DNA of 64,000 nucleotides, from the NCBI GenBank assembly GCA_044352465.1, contig JBILDU010000001.1, positions 88,618 to 152,617 on the forward strand, in the 5' to 3' direction. The position numbers and the translations under genes were made by a program. Every line of letters starts with the position of its first letter. The stretch's first letter is position 1. The notes under the pieces were generated by a model, which searched no databases, was not told the origin of the DNA, and worked only from the letters and a program-made list of their open reading frames with translations. Source of the DNA: Bdellovibrionota bacterium. Lineage in GTDB: Bacteria; Bdellovibrionota_C; UBA2361. Below are positions 19,152 to 28,658 of the stretch, one piece after another.

Positions 19152-20831
19152 TTACGGTGTGATCTCGATATAGCGAGTTGTAAGCGCTACCTCAGATCCC
19201 CTCGATGTGCGGGAAAGACATACGATCCCCCGTAAGCCATCAGTGAACTCCCGGCTTTCGCAGTCGCAACTCAGCCGGGTCGTCGCACCACCAAGTTTAC
19301 AGCCGTAATCAGAGACATAGAGCGCTGCGTTCCAAAAATGCTCCCACGAAGGTGGTACCGCTTCATCACAGATGCGGACGAGTACAGAGTCAGGGCGTGG
19401 AGTGAGCGTTTCAGGGAGCGGGAGTGTTCGCAGGGCAGCGATGGTCTCGTGAGCAAACGGTGGAGTAAAATGGGCAGGCGGCTGCCACGCCAAGAGTAGG
19501 GGGGTGCGATAGAAGACGATCACGCCGACCATGAGGAACGTAGCAAGTATACTTCCATGGCGGAGGGTCTTGTATTCGCTTTTTAGGAGGGCGTGAACGA
19601 GAACAGCGAGAAGAAGAGCGCCACAGATATACAGTCCAAAAAGACGGTGGCCTCTGATGTAGGTGATCGATAGGAGAGGGATCGTCAGCGCTGCACCAGC
19701 AAGGACAACGACCATGAGATAAAATCGTTTGTGTTCCTCTAGAATTTCGCGTGAGCGTCGAGCGTCTGCTCCGCAGAGAGTTGATATCGTCACGGCCGCG
19801 AAGGCCGCCAGTGCAAGCCACAGCTCAAGGCTACCTGCTTCGCTTAGGGTCTCAGAACTAAAGTAAGATGGTGACCACTCAAAGATCGCCGGTACCTCTT
19901 TGATTCGCGCGAGGATAGTTTCCCTCCATTCTCCAAAAAGTGTTCCCGATGGAGTTACAAGGCTCTCCGTGCGCCCTTCAAAGAGAGTTTGATCGAAGCG
20001 GATACCGGGATGGAGAAGCTTTAAAATAAAGCCGCTGAAGATCGCCGATCCAAGGAAAATAGTTGTGAATCGGAGTCGGTAGCCTCGAGTATCATTACAC
20101 CAAAGGCGATAACTACCGATAAGGGAGAGTGCTATGACCGCAAGAGGACGAGAGACGGTATAGGTCTCGTAGGAGAGAGCGATGAGGAGTGGAAAGATGA
20201 AGAGAAGCAGGGTGGCTTTGCGGATGTTTTGCCGTCGAAGCGCTGAGTCAAGTGCAGCGAGGCTCCAGAGGAGGAAGGTAAACCAAGCTGCTGACGTGAT
20301 GGTGAGCTTCGATTCATAGAGGTACGAGATAAGCTGAGTGCTGAAGCCGACCGTGGTAAGCAGGAGCATGGTCGGGAAGAAGGTGAAGCTGAGAGTGCGT
20401 GCGAGGCCCCACAGTCCCAAAAGGGTGAGAGCAAAAAAGGCAACGCCGATAATTCGGTGAAGGACGTAGGTGTCGATGGAGTGGCGCAGAAGCTTCGTGG
20501 GAACGACGTAGAGCAGGCTTAACGAGCGTTGATCGGTAACGTTTGAGGTAGGGCCCTCGAGCCCTTTGAGTGGATTCGGGTCGCACAACGCTCCCAGGCG
20601 GGGGGCGAAGTTATACGCGAGGCCGTACTGTTCTTGGAACATGAAGTTTGGGTTCACACTCATCCGGAGGCGAGAGCCAACAAGGAGGGTAATCGCGACA
20701 ATGAAGAGCAAAAGACCGACGTGAGTAGTGCGTTTCATGTGAGGGATCACCTTATCAGGGGGCACGTGGAGTAAGGGGGCGTGACGCCGTATAATGTAGG
20801 AGATATTCTCTGTAATATCGAGCCATGACAA
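19152..20831 (-). CDS. Polytopic membrane protein, possibly GT-C glycosyltransferase-like
   Basis: About 11 hydrophobic segments and a C-terminal soluble Cys-containing domain; start may be ATG 20738; family assignment is inference. Confidence 0.55.
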   Translation of the reverse strand: MSWLDITENISYIIRRHAPLLHVPPDKVIPHMKRTTHVGLLLFIVAITLLVGSRLRMSVNPNFMFQEQYGLAYNFAPRLGALCDPNPLKGLEGPTSNVTDQRSLSLLYVVPTKLLRHSIDTYVLHRIIGVAFFALTLLGLWGLARTLSFTFFPTMLLLTTVGFSTQLISYLYESKLTITSAAWFTFLLWSLAALDSALRRQNIRKATLLLFIFPLLIALSYETYTVSRPLAVIALSLIGSYRLWCNDTRGYRLRFTTIFLGSAIFSGFILKLLHPGIRFDQTLFEGRTESLVTPSGTLFGEWRETILARIKEVPAIFEWSPSYFSSETLSEAGSLELWLALAAFAAVTISTLCGADARRSREILEEHKRFYLMVVVLAGAALTIPLLSITYIRGHRLFGLYICGALLLAVLVHALLKSEYKTLRHGSILATFLMVGVIVFYRTPLLLAWQPPAHFTPPFAHETIAALRTLPLPETLTPRPDSVLVRICDEAVPPSWEHFWNAALYVSDYGCKLGGATTRLSCDCESREFTDGLRGIVCLSRTSRGSEVALTTRYIEITP

Positions 20832-20974
20832 GGGGTTATGGTATGTTGCGCCGTTAGTTCACGAGGCCATAACAGGGATAGAGAGGGGGAGAAGCTCATC
20901 CAGAGTGGCTCTTTGGCTCCCCACGCGCTTTCACATCTTCATACGGGTAGTTCACATCGATTTTAAGGTTGTAG

Positions 20975-21045
20975 GGGTGGTGCACTCACTTTCCGGCTTC
21001 TAGGGAAGCTCGAAGGCGAGTGTACCACTCGCCATTGTGGCGAAC
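20975..21045 (+). promoter_or_regulatory. Structured 5' leader (long G-U-containing hairpin) of the lipoprotein gene
   Basis: GGGTGGTGCACTC (20975-20987) pairs with GAGTGTACCACTC (21018-21030); inner CTTTC/GAAGG and GGCTTC/GAAGCT stems. Confidence 0.55.
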
Positions 21046-21081
21046 TGGACACTGATAGATCTCTCGAAAAGGAGCAACGTC

Positions 21082-21573
21082 ATGTCGGTTCAGTGGTTCA
21101 AGATCGTGTTCGTTTCCATCTTGGTCGTCTTCCTCGCAGCGTGTCAGACCGCGGGTGATCGCACCGTGTTCAAGGCGGAGAAGACGGCGTCCTACCAGTC
21201 GCTTGAGCGCGAGCTCAACGACGAGGTGAAGGGGCTCACGGCTGAGTACGATGCTACCAAGGACACCGCTCTGCGCGACCAAATTCGCGCTGATCGGACC
21301 GCGGCCGCTCGTGACTTGGACGAAGTGCGTCTGCGTGCCAACACGGAGAAGCGGGTGTACCGGGAGTCGGAACGCAATGCCGCTCGGGCTGAACGCAACA
21401 AGTTCAACCGTCGGCAGGGCAACCAGATCCAGGTCCGCGTCGATCCTTTCGGTTGGATGGAGGACGACGAGGACGAGAAGTACATCGATCGTGATGGAAC
21501 CCTCGGTCGTGACGATGACATCCGCGCTCGCATGGCGGAACGCGCAGATCGTCGTCGTCAGCGTCAGGGGTAA
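21082..21573 (+). CDS. Arg/Asp/Glu-rich hypothetical lipoprotein
   Basis: AAAAGGAG RBS, lipobox LAAC, codon style like nrdA (CGT, TTC, AAC, ATC). Confidence 0.75.
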   Translation: MSVQWFKIVFVSILVVFLAACQTAGDRTVFKAEKTASYQSLERELNDEVKGLTAEYDATKDTALRDQIRADRTAAARDLDEVRLRANTEKRVYRESERNAARAERNKFNRRQGNQIQVRVDPFGWMEDDEDEKYIDRDGTLGRDDDIRARMAERADRRRQRQG

Positions 21574-21579
21574 CACGAT

Positions 21580-21715
21580 AGGAGGTAAAAGCGAATAACG
21601 TCAAAAGCGTTGTTTGTGGGCTTGCATCGGTCGAGCACTGTATTTGTACAGTGCCCCCGCACTGCTGCAACTACTGTTCTCGATCGATGTGAGCTCCCTC
21701 CTTTTCTCTTTTTCC
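21580..21715 (+). ncRNA. Highly structured 3' UTR or small RNA ending in a pyrimidine tail
   Basis: 18-bp stem 21618-21635/21679-21696 with 4 G-U pairs and no mismatches; hairpins 21591-21617 and CACTGTA-TTTG-TACAGTG; closing AGGAGG/CCTCCT; TTTTCTCTTTTT tail. Confidence 0.5.
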
Positions 21716-21769
21716 CCGCTATTTTGCTGAACGTCCGAAACTTCCGTTCAAATGCGAGCTCGTTTCCCC

Positions 21770-21906
21770 TGTGGCGCTCGTCGGCCGGACAGAGTCCGGC
21801 CCTCCAATGCTTTTGAATCACCGCAATCGTGTGGAGGGCTCGACTCTGTCGAGCCGCGCTTGAATCACCTGTGGTGCTCGTCGGCTGGATAGAGTCCGGC
21901 CCGCTA
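21770..21906. repeat. Second REP/REPIN-like array (reverse orientation of the 9.6-kb array)
   Basis: CGGCCGGACAGAGTCCGGCCCTCCA 21782-21806, TGGAGGGCTCGACTCTGTCGAGCCG 21832-21856, degenerate copy 21882-21906; spacers also homologous. Confidence 0.85.
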
Positions 21907-21950
21907 ATGATTGCTCGCATCATCGGTTGTGTCCGCCGTCCGTGTTTCGA

Positions 21951-24900
21951 TCAATACGAATAACTTTGCCCCTCCTGGGCTCGTCCCGCGATGAGGTCGT
22001 CGATCGATTCGAGGGCAAAGGTGTTGATGTAGATGACCTCACCGATCCTTTCTAAGATTCCGGTCGCGAGGAGGCACGAGCTTGAAAGAACGATGCGACG
22101 ATACTTTTCAAAAACGTCAGGGCGGATAATAAGGTTCGTAATCCCCGTTTCATCTTCAAGGGTAATAAACACTACCCCTTTCGCGGTGCCGGGGCGTTGA
22201 CGGATAATCGCGACCCCCGCAACCGATACGGTGCGCTCACGGGGGAGGCGAGTGAGTTTCTTGAGCGCCCCTGCGGTAAAGACGTTTCTTTTCGTAAGCT
22301 CGTGACGAATAAATCCGATCGGGTGCCCTTTTAAGGAAAGTCCACTTGCGGCGTAGTCGGCGAACATCTCTTGTTGCGCTGTGGTGGTAGGGAGAAACGC
22401 TTTCGCCGGTGTGTTGTTTTGGTAAGGCAGGGTCGCTCTATCAACGGGAAGCGGGATCTCGGGCAGCGCTTTGATGGCCCAGAGCGCCTCTCGACGGTTA
22501 AGCCCGAACGAGCTGAACGCATCACCCCGGGCGAGTGTCTGTAGCGTTGAGCGATAGGGGCGCTCCGAAGATTCGCTATAGTCGCTCGTTACGGCGAGCC
22601 AAAACTCTTCGATGGTTTTTGACGCTGGATGACGCTCATAAGAGCTCACCAGAAGCTCAGCCTCTCTATGAGGAAGTCCTTTAAAAAGTCTTAAACCCAA
22701 TCGCACTGCGGGACGTTTCGAGGTTTCATCTTCCTCGAGCCGCGCGTCCCACCCGCTATAGGCGATATCCGCCTCTCGCACACACACCCCGTGCTCTTGG
22801 GCGTCACGCACTATTTGGGCTGGGGCATAAAAGCCCATCGGTTGGCTATTAAGGAGCGCTGCGGCGAATTCGGCAGGATAGTGATGTTTAATCCACGCCG
22901 AGGCGTAGACGAGATGAGCGAACGATGCCGCGTGTGATTCCGGAAAGCCGTATTCGCTAAACCCCTTAATCTGCTCCATACACGTTTCAGCGAACTCAAC
23001 CGAGTAGCCGTTTCGGGTCATGCCGGCTACGATCTTTTGTTTAAACGTTGTAATCACCTCTTTATTGCGTTTCCACGCCGCCATCGCGCGGCGAAGCTTC
23101 TCCGCCTCACCGGGTGAAAAGTCGGCGAGCACGATCGCAAGCCGCATCGCTTGTTCTTGAAAAAGGGGGACGCCGAGAGTTTTTCCTAAGATCGCTTTTA
23201 CCTGTTCGTCGGGGAAGTGAACCTTCTCTTTGCCGCTCCGGCGCTTTAAATACGGATGCACCATATTGCCGTGAATGGGTCCGGGGCGGACGATCGCGAC
23301 CTCGATAACAAGGTCATAAAAACACCGCGGACGAAGCCGCGGAAGCATCGACATCTGGGCGCGCGACTCGATCTGAAAGACGCCAACGGTGTCGGCGCGG
23401 CAGATCATATCGTAAACCGATGAGTCGTTTTGAGGGATCGAATGAAGTTGAAGGGAAGCTTTATTCTCTTCTTGTCGCCGGTTATTGACCAACTCAAGCG
23501 CTTTGCGGATACAGGTCAGCATCCCAAGCGCTAGAACGTCGATTTTTAACATTCCGAGGGCGTCGATATCGTCTTTATCCCATTCGATGATAGTGCGATC
23601 CGCCATGCCGGAGTTTCGGATCGGTACCGTTTCTGAGAGCGGCTCTTGAGAGATGATAAAGCCCCCCACATGTTGTGAGAGATGGCGGGGAAACCCTAAA
23701 AGCTCGTGACTAAGCCGGATCGCGTTTTGAATCGTTGTATCGTCTGGGTCTAGTCCAAGCGCTTTAAGATCCTCCGCCGCGATAATACAATCGGTCCACC
23801 GGTGAACGAGTTTTGCAAGTTTATCGACGATCTCGAGCGAAAGGCCTAACGCTTTGCCGACTTCGCGGATAGCGCTTCGATACCGATAGGTGATGACCGC
23901 ACAGGTAAGCCCCGCCCGATTTCGCCCGTATTTTGAGTATATATATTGAATCACCTCTTCTCTACGCTCGTGCTCAAAGTCGATATCGATATCGGGTGGT
24001 TCGTTCCGTTCTTTGCTGACAAAGCGAGCGAAGAGAAGGTCGATGGTCGCGGGGTCGACCGAGGTTATCCCTAAACAGAAACAAACTACTGAGTTCGCCG
24101 CGGCTCCGCGGCCCTGGCACAAGATCCCCCGACTTCGGGCAAAGCGGACGATATCGTGGCAGGTAAGGAAATACTTTTCGTACTGAAGGTCCTTAATAAG
24201 GTGGAGCTCCTCGCGGATCGCTTGCTCGACTTTTGGAGGAATGCCGTTTGGGTATCGCTCCTCCGCCCCCCCCCAGGTCTTTGTGGTAAGGTATGTATGG
24301 ACATCGTGGCCCGCTGGGCAGATCTCGGTCGGGTATTCGTAGCGCAGCTCATCGAGCGAAAACCCGGCGGTCATCTCAGTAAGTTCGAGCGTTCTATGGA
24401 GAGCGGGGCGATCGTCTCTAAAAAGGCGCTCCATTTCTTCGACCGGTTTTAGATACCGCTCCCCGTTTGGAAAAAGTTTAAACCCGGCGGTGTGAACGGT
24501 GCAGCCTGCGCGGATAGCGGTGAGGACGTCGTGAAGGGGGCGGCGTGCTCGGGAATGGTAGTAGGGATCGTTCGTAGCGATAAGTGGAAGTGTGAGCGTC
24601 GTCGCCGTAGCGCGGGTCATCTCGAGCGCGCGGGGACAAAAAAAGTCATAATTTTTCGTGAGCGCCATCGACCACACGGCGCGATCGGTTGCTGCATTCA
24701 GAAGCGCACCGACGATCGGAACGATGTCGAGCGGTGGAGCGCTGCTATCGCGTACGGTGGGGAGAGGCGGGGGGATCACGATGACGGCGAGACCTTGATG
24801 GTAGTTTAAAAAGTCGGTCGTGGTGAGTAAGCACCGGGCACCGGGAAGCCGTGTTTTTCCGAGTGTTAACAGGGAGCAGAGGTTCCCATATCCTTTGCGG

Positions 24901-25265
24901 TTCAATGGGAATACGGCGAGATCAAGGGTTTGAAATTGCGATTCGATGGGGGCCTCGAGATCGACCGTTACGGGGGGGGCTTCGGCTGGGATAAGGGTAA
25001 GCCGGGCCCCAGGGCGGTACGGCATGCCGATGTCACGTGCCGCGGTATGGGCGCGTACGATTCCAGCGAGGGTTGTGTGATCGGCGAGGCCGAGCGCGGC
25101 ATAGCCCAATTCTGCAGCGGTGGCGACGTATTCTTCCGGGTGGCTCGCACCACGTAGGAAAGAGAAGTTCGTCGTTATCAGAAACTCGGCGTAGCTCGGT
25201 CGTTTCGGCGCGCGCCGCACGGGGAGGATCGGAGGTTTTATCTTATCGTAGGGCTTATCGGGCAT
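21951..25265 (-). CDS. dnaE2: Error-prone DNA polymerase III alpha subunit
   Basis: NFSFLRGASHPEE, GRGAAANS, EPPDIDIDFEH, FPRHLSQHVGG, ESRAQMSMLPR, RQRPGTAKGVVFITLEDETG. Confidence 0.97.
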   Translation of the reverse strand: MPDKPYDKIKPPILPVRRAPKRPSYAEFLITTNFSFLRGASHPEEYVATAAELGYAALGLADHTTLAGIVRAHTAARDIGMPYRPGARLTLIPAEAPPVTVDLEAPIESQFQTLDLAVFPLNRKGYGNLCSLLTLGKTRLPGARCLLTTTDFLNYHQGLAVIVIPPPLPTVRDSSAPPLDIVPIVGALLNAATDRAVWSMALTKNYDFFCPRALEMTRATATTLTLPLIATNDPYYHSRARRPLHDVLTAIRAGCTVHTAGFKLFPNGERYLKPVEEMERLFRDDRPALHRTLELTEMTAGFSLDELRYEYPTEICPAGHDVHTYLTTKTWGGAEERYPNGIPPKVEQAIREELHLIKDLQYEKYFLTCHDIVRFARSRGILCQGRGAAANSVVCFCLGITSVDPATIDLLFARFVSKERNEPPDIDIDFEHERREEVIQYIYSKYGRNRAGLTCAVITYRYRSAIREVGKALGLSLEIVDKLAKLVHRWTDCIIAAEDLKALGLDPDDTTIQNAIRLSHELLGFPRHLSQHVGGFIISQEPLSETVPIRNSGMADRTIIEWDKDDIDALGMLKIDVLALGMLTCIRKALELVNNRRQEENKASLQLHSIPQNDSSVYDMICRADTVGVFQIESRAQMSMLPRLRPRCFYDLVIEVAIVRPGPIHGNMVHPYLKRRSGKEKVHFPDEQVKAILGKTLGVPLFQEQAMRLAIVLADFSPGEAEKLRRAMAAWKRNKEVITTFKQKIVAGMTRNGYSVEFAETCMEQIKGFSEYGFPESHAASFAHLVYASAWIKHHYPAEFAAALLNSQPMGFYAPAQIVRDAQEHGVCVREADIAYSGWDARLEEDETSKRPAVRLGLRLFKGLPHREAELLVSSYERHPASKTIEEFWLAVTSDYSESSERPYRSTLQTLARGDAFSSFGLNRREALWAIKALPEIPLPVDRATLPYQNNTPAKAFLPTTTAQQEMFADYAASGLSLKGHPIGFIRHELTKRNVFTAGALKKLTRLPRERTVSVAGVAIIRQRPGTAKGVVFITLEDETGITNLIIRPDVFEKYRRIVLSSSCLLATGILERIGEVIYINTFALESIDDLIAGRAQEGQSYSY

Positions 25266-25300
25266 AGGTAGTTAGCAGAGAATAGAGTGAGAAAAAATTC

Positions 25301-26935
25301 TCATACCCACACCCCGTGGACGAACCATTCGTGGGTGTGGTTATTCCGAAATACCCAGAGCCACGCTCCGTTTTCGGTCTGAACTTTAAAGTAATCGCGC
25401 TCTTCCGCGGGGAGAGCGACATCCCCATGCCACCATTCCGGAGCGATCCGCTCTGGTCCGGTACCGTAGGTAATCTTTCCTCCACTGTGTCGCCAATCGA
25501 TCCAGGAGGGCGGTTTGTCGGGGAGCATCGCGATAACTTTAGCTCGCTCAGGAGGCGAAAGAAGGTGCGGTGGTCGATCGACAATGAGGCTTTTGGTGGG
25601 GGCGCTCGGGAGCGGTTTCTTGCCGTCCGCGCGGATCGGCTCGAACGAAAAGCTGCGCTCGGGGATGTACGATGGGTGAAAAACCGCTCGCCGTACCCGC
25701 TCCTCTCCAAGTCCTACGACGAAGGTGTTCAACAGTTCGTTCCGCGCCCCTTCAATAATCGTCGTTTCGGGATCATCAAAGAAATCGTTTTGGGTATGGA
25801 GCGCCCGCTCGATATTATCGGCGGCAACGACGATGAGTTCCGCCCCCTCTTCAAACCGCATCGCTTCGATAGTCGGTGTGACGATAGAAGCGAGGTGGGA
25901 AAACTTTGTGGTGCTGCTGGTCAGGTGGATAGTTCGAAGGAGCGTCTTCTTGGTGCGCTCAAGGGAGCGTCCCTCGAGATAGACAAAAAAAGTACGCGCT
26001 GTGTAACCACTCGTAGCGAGCCGCTTCAGAAGTTTTTCGATAAGTTTTATAATCGCGCGTGTCAGAGCGGCGTGGTGAGTCAGTGGGACATCGAAGTGTG
26101 CTGTCGTTCGAAAAATAGTCGGCAGAGGGAGTGCTCGCAGCGATTCTTCAACCCGGCCGAGTGCTTGATCGAGGCGGTTGAGAAGAAGGTGTCCGAAGCG
26201 AACGGTGAGGGTACGCGCGGGGATCTTTAAGAGTTCGCCGATTCGGGTTACTCCGACTTCATGGAGCGCTGTGCGTGTCGTGAGAGGGAGTCGTAACGCT
26301 TCAATCGGTAGAAGCGCGAGTGAGGTGCGTAGACTCGCTGTGTCGTTCACCTGCACGAGCGATTGCCCACCAAATCGTGCGAGTGCCCACGCCCCCCCGA
26401 GGGTAGGTGCGACTGCAGTGAATGCTGTGACTCCGCTGTGCGTGAAGCGATGCAGTAGTTTCCTTAAGAGCTCCTCAGTTTCGCCGTGGAGCCGCTCAGT
26501 GCCGGTAAGGTCAACGATGACTCCCCAGCGGAGGGAATCGGCGAAAAGATCGCTTTCGCGCCCCGTTTTCTTTGTTTCGAGGATCGGTGAGTGCAGTTCG
26601 GGGTCGAGCCCGACCAGGGGACTTAATCGCCCCATCCACCGGGCGATTTCAGTGAGGGCTTTGACGTCATCGCGAGGATGAAACGGGTGCACGACGATCG
26701 CCGGGAGAAGCGCGCGCGCGAGGGCGAGATCCATCCCGGTCTGCACCCCAGCGCGGGCGCACTCCGTGCAGAACCGTTTGACGACGACGTGATTCGCGTC
26801 GCTTGAGACGAGGGCGTATGGACCGGGGCGCTCAGGCGCGGCGCCGGTCTCGCGCGCTCTCTCCCGAAGTCGACGACGTGCTACGTCGATCGGCCACAGA
26901 GGGAGATAGATGGAGAGGTACGTTTTGGTCGTCAT
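25301..26935 (-). CDS. imuB: Y-family polymerase-like ImuB
   Basis: DLTGTERLHG, APTLGGAWALAR, LPIEALRL, GPERIAPEWW, RDYF, WFVHG; directly upstream of dnaE2. Confidence 0.93.
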   Translation of the reverse strand: MTTKTYLSIYLPLWPIDVARRRLRERARETGAAPERPGPYALVSSDANHVVVKRFCTECARAGVQTGMDLALARALLPAIVVHPFHPRDDVKALTEIARWMGRLSPLVGLDPELHSPILETKKTGRESDLFADSLRWGVIVDLTGTERLHGETEELLRKLLHRFTHSGVTAFTAVAPTLGGAWALARFGGQSLVQVNDTASLRTSLALLPIEALRLPLTTRTALHEVGVTRIGELLKIPARTLTVRFGHLLLNRLDQALGRVEESLRALPLPTIFRTTAHFDVPLTHHAALTRAIIKLIEKLLKRLATSGYTARTFFVYLEGRSLERTKKTLLRTIHLTSSTTKFSHLASIVTPTIEAMRFEEGAELIVVAADNIERALHTQNDFFDDPETTIIEGARNELLNTFVVGLGEERVRRAVFHPSYIPERSFSFEPIRADGKKPLPSAPTKSLIVDRPPHLLSPPERAKVIAMLPDKPPSWIDWRHSGGKITYGTGPERIAPEWWHGDVALPAEERDYFKVQTENGAWLWVFRNNHTHEWFVHGVWV

Positions 26936-27839
26936 CGCTGCCGCACAGCTCCACACCCCACGTTGTTTTACGAGGAGCGGATCCTTTGTATTTTAAAAGC
27001 TCGATAATCCACCGAGGGTGGGAAGTCGTCGAAACCTCGGGGCGAATAAGCCATCGTGTTGTAAAAGCAGTGGCGGTGTCTTGCGGGCGTCCACCTTGGC
27101 GTATGGGACGATAAAAAAGACCGATCGTATCTCCGGTGCGAGAAGCTAAGAGAAAACGTCGGCTGAGGGCGAATGAGATCTTTGGAAGCGATGCGATGAC
27201 TACTCCAACAGCCGGAGAACGCAGTGCTGTATCGATAGTCCAAAAAGTTGCTTTCTGATTCGGCGGATCGAGAAAAAGACATCGCGAAAGGCTGCCGCTT
27301 ACAGTTGAAGCGGGTTCTCGCTCGGAAAGAGCAGTAATTTGAGGCGGTATGCTATGAGCGGGTGCGTGAAAAATATGATCGAGGAAATGAGGGGTAGGCC
27401 AGGCGCTTTTACCGATCCAGGCAGCCAGCTTTGAGGTGGAGGGTGTTTCCTTCAAACCGAACCGATGAACTATCGCTCCGATCGCCGAGACTATGGCGCT
27501 CGGAGCTTCTCTCAATCCGCTCTCAACGAAGAGCTCGTGAGCTGTGCCCGGGAGGAACCCCCCTTCGGGTAAGAGATCATCGAGTCCTGTCACCTTGAAC
27601 GGCTGGATAGCATTCGGGCGTCGGGCGCGGCCGATGCGGTTTCCGTATCCCGCTTTATTTTCGGCGAGCCAGAGAAGCCCGCGCGTACAGAGAGCCTCGA
27701 TCGCAGCCGCGTTGTTTGTTGCGCTTTCGCCAACTTCTAAAGAAGGGATCGCTGGTAATAATCTTTGTGCCTCGGTTGGCATATCGTGCCGTCCCGCTAA
27801 CCACTCGTTTTTATTGCTTGATATCTTTTTCTGCGTCAT
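26832..27839 (-). CDS. imuA: ImuA-like RecA-fold protein
   Basis: GLDDLLPEGG..PG..HE, W..DTALRSPAVGVV, TA..TRW.I, W.IELLK.KG; first gene of the cassette. Confidence 0.85.
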   Translation of the reverse strand: MTQKKISSNKNEWLAGRHDMPTEAQRLLPAIPSLEVGESATNNAAAIEALCTRGLLWLAENKAGYGNRIGRARRPNAIQPFKVTGLDDLLPEGGFLPGTAHELFVESGLREAPSAIVSAIGAIVHRFGLKETPSTSKLAAWIGKSAWPTPHFLDHIFHAPAHSIPPQITALSEREPASTVSGSLSRCLFLDPPNQKATFWTIDTALRSPAVGVVIASLPKISFALSRRFLLASRTGDTIGLFYRPIRQGGRPQDTATAFTTRWLIRPEVSTTSHPRWIIELLKYKGSAPRKTTWGVELCGSDDDQNVPLHLSPSVADRRSTSSTSGESARDRRRA

Positions 27840-27865
27840 TGAAGTGAGTCTCTGAGCGAGCGTTA

Positions 27866-27900
27866 ATTCTATTATTATTCTATATCAAATAAAGATGCAA
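27866..27900 (-). promoter_or_regulatory. AT-rich promoter region of imuA-imuB-dnaE2 with a GAAT-N7-GAAT direct repeat (candidate repressor site)
   Basis: Minus strand TTGCAT...TAGAATAATAATAGAAT; ATTCTAT repeated at 27866 and 27877 on the plus strand. Confidence 0.4.
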
Positions 27901-28109
27901 TAGGGCAGATTCGCGATGCCAGCGTTGACCCGGCTAAGCGGCGGAGGGGGGATCTGATCATTTTTAGTGCTTTTGGGTGTTTCAATCGGGTATACCAGCG
28001 CGTGGAGGTGCGAAAAACACCACAAAGGTTCCGTTCGCCCGAGAGGCGATCCCCCGTTTTTACATTTCTGGGCCGTGGGTAGAGGGAGAGATTTTATACC
28101 GGCATCACG

Positions 28110-28199
28110 CCGTCGGCGGTGGTCTATGCAAAGCGCGCTTTGTGTACACCACCGTCAACGGTTCTAACGATCGACATACCAAATCGAGGGAGACCTCGA
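28110..28199 (+). promoter_or_regulatory. Structured 5' leader of the 28251 gene
   Basis: Hairpin 28110-28161 (CCGTCGGCGGTGGT/ACCACCGTCAACGG plus TATGCAAAG/CTTTGTGTA, G-U pairs); TCGAGG-GAGA-CCTCGA GNRA hairpin 28184-28199. Confidence 0.55.
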
Positions 28200-28250
28200 A
28201 TGTTGAACGTCCGTTGGTTGGTGCTGTGTCCCCATGAAGGAGCCATCATC

Positions 28251-28658
28251 ATGGCTAAGTCCCCGTGCGCCAAAGTGCGCATCCGTCGTGAAGCTGAAGA
28301 CGGCCTCGTCCACCTCAGCAGTGGAGCCGAGGACGTCCCCCTCATCGACGTTCGTGCGCGGCGCTTCCAGTTCGAGTCGGGCGCTAGACTCCTCGTCAAG
28401 GTCACCCGTCGTCGTAACCGCCTCACGGCGTTCATCGATGCGGGTGATGGTGTGGAGCTCGTGGCCCCGAACGGCAACTCTTCCATGATGTGGTTCCGGG
28501 TGGAGTTCAAGCTGGAGGAGGGTCGGATGTGCGATGTCAGAATCGTGCCTGGCCCCAAGACCGAGGACTCGCGCGATCGCTACCAGCGGTTTCGTGAACT
28601 CGTCGATGAGGAGGAGGCTAACCAAGGGTTCGTCGACGCTGATACGAGCGCGGTGTGA
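28251..28658 (+). CDS. Small beta-rich hypothetical protein
   Basis: AAGGAG RBS before ATG 28251; codon style like nrdA; acidic tail. Confidence 0.65.
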   Translation: MAKSPCAKVRIRREAEDGLVHLSSGAEDVPLIDVRARRFQFESGARLLVKVTRRRNRLTAFIDAGDGVELVAPNGNSSMMWFRVEFKLEEGRMCDVRIVPGPKTEDSRDRYQRFRELVDEEEANQGFVDADTSAV

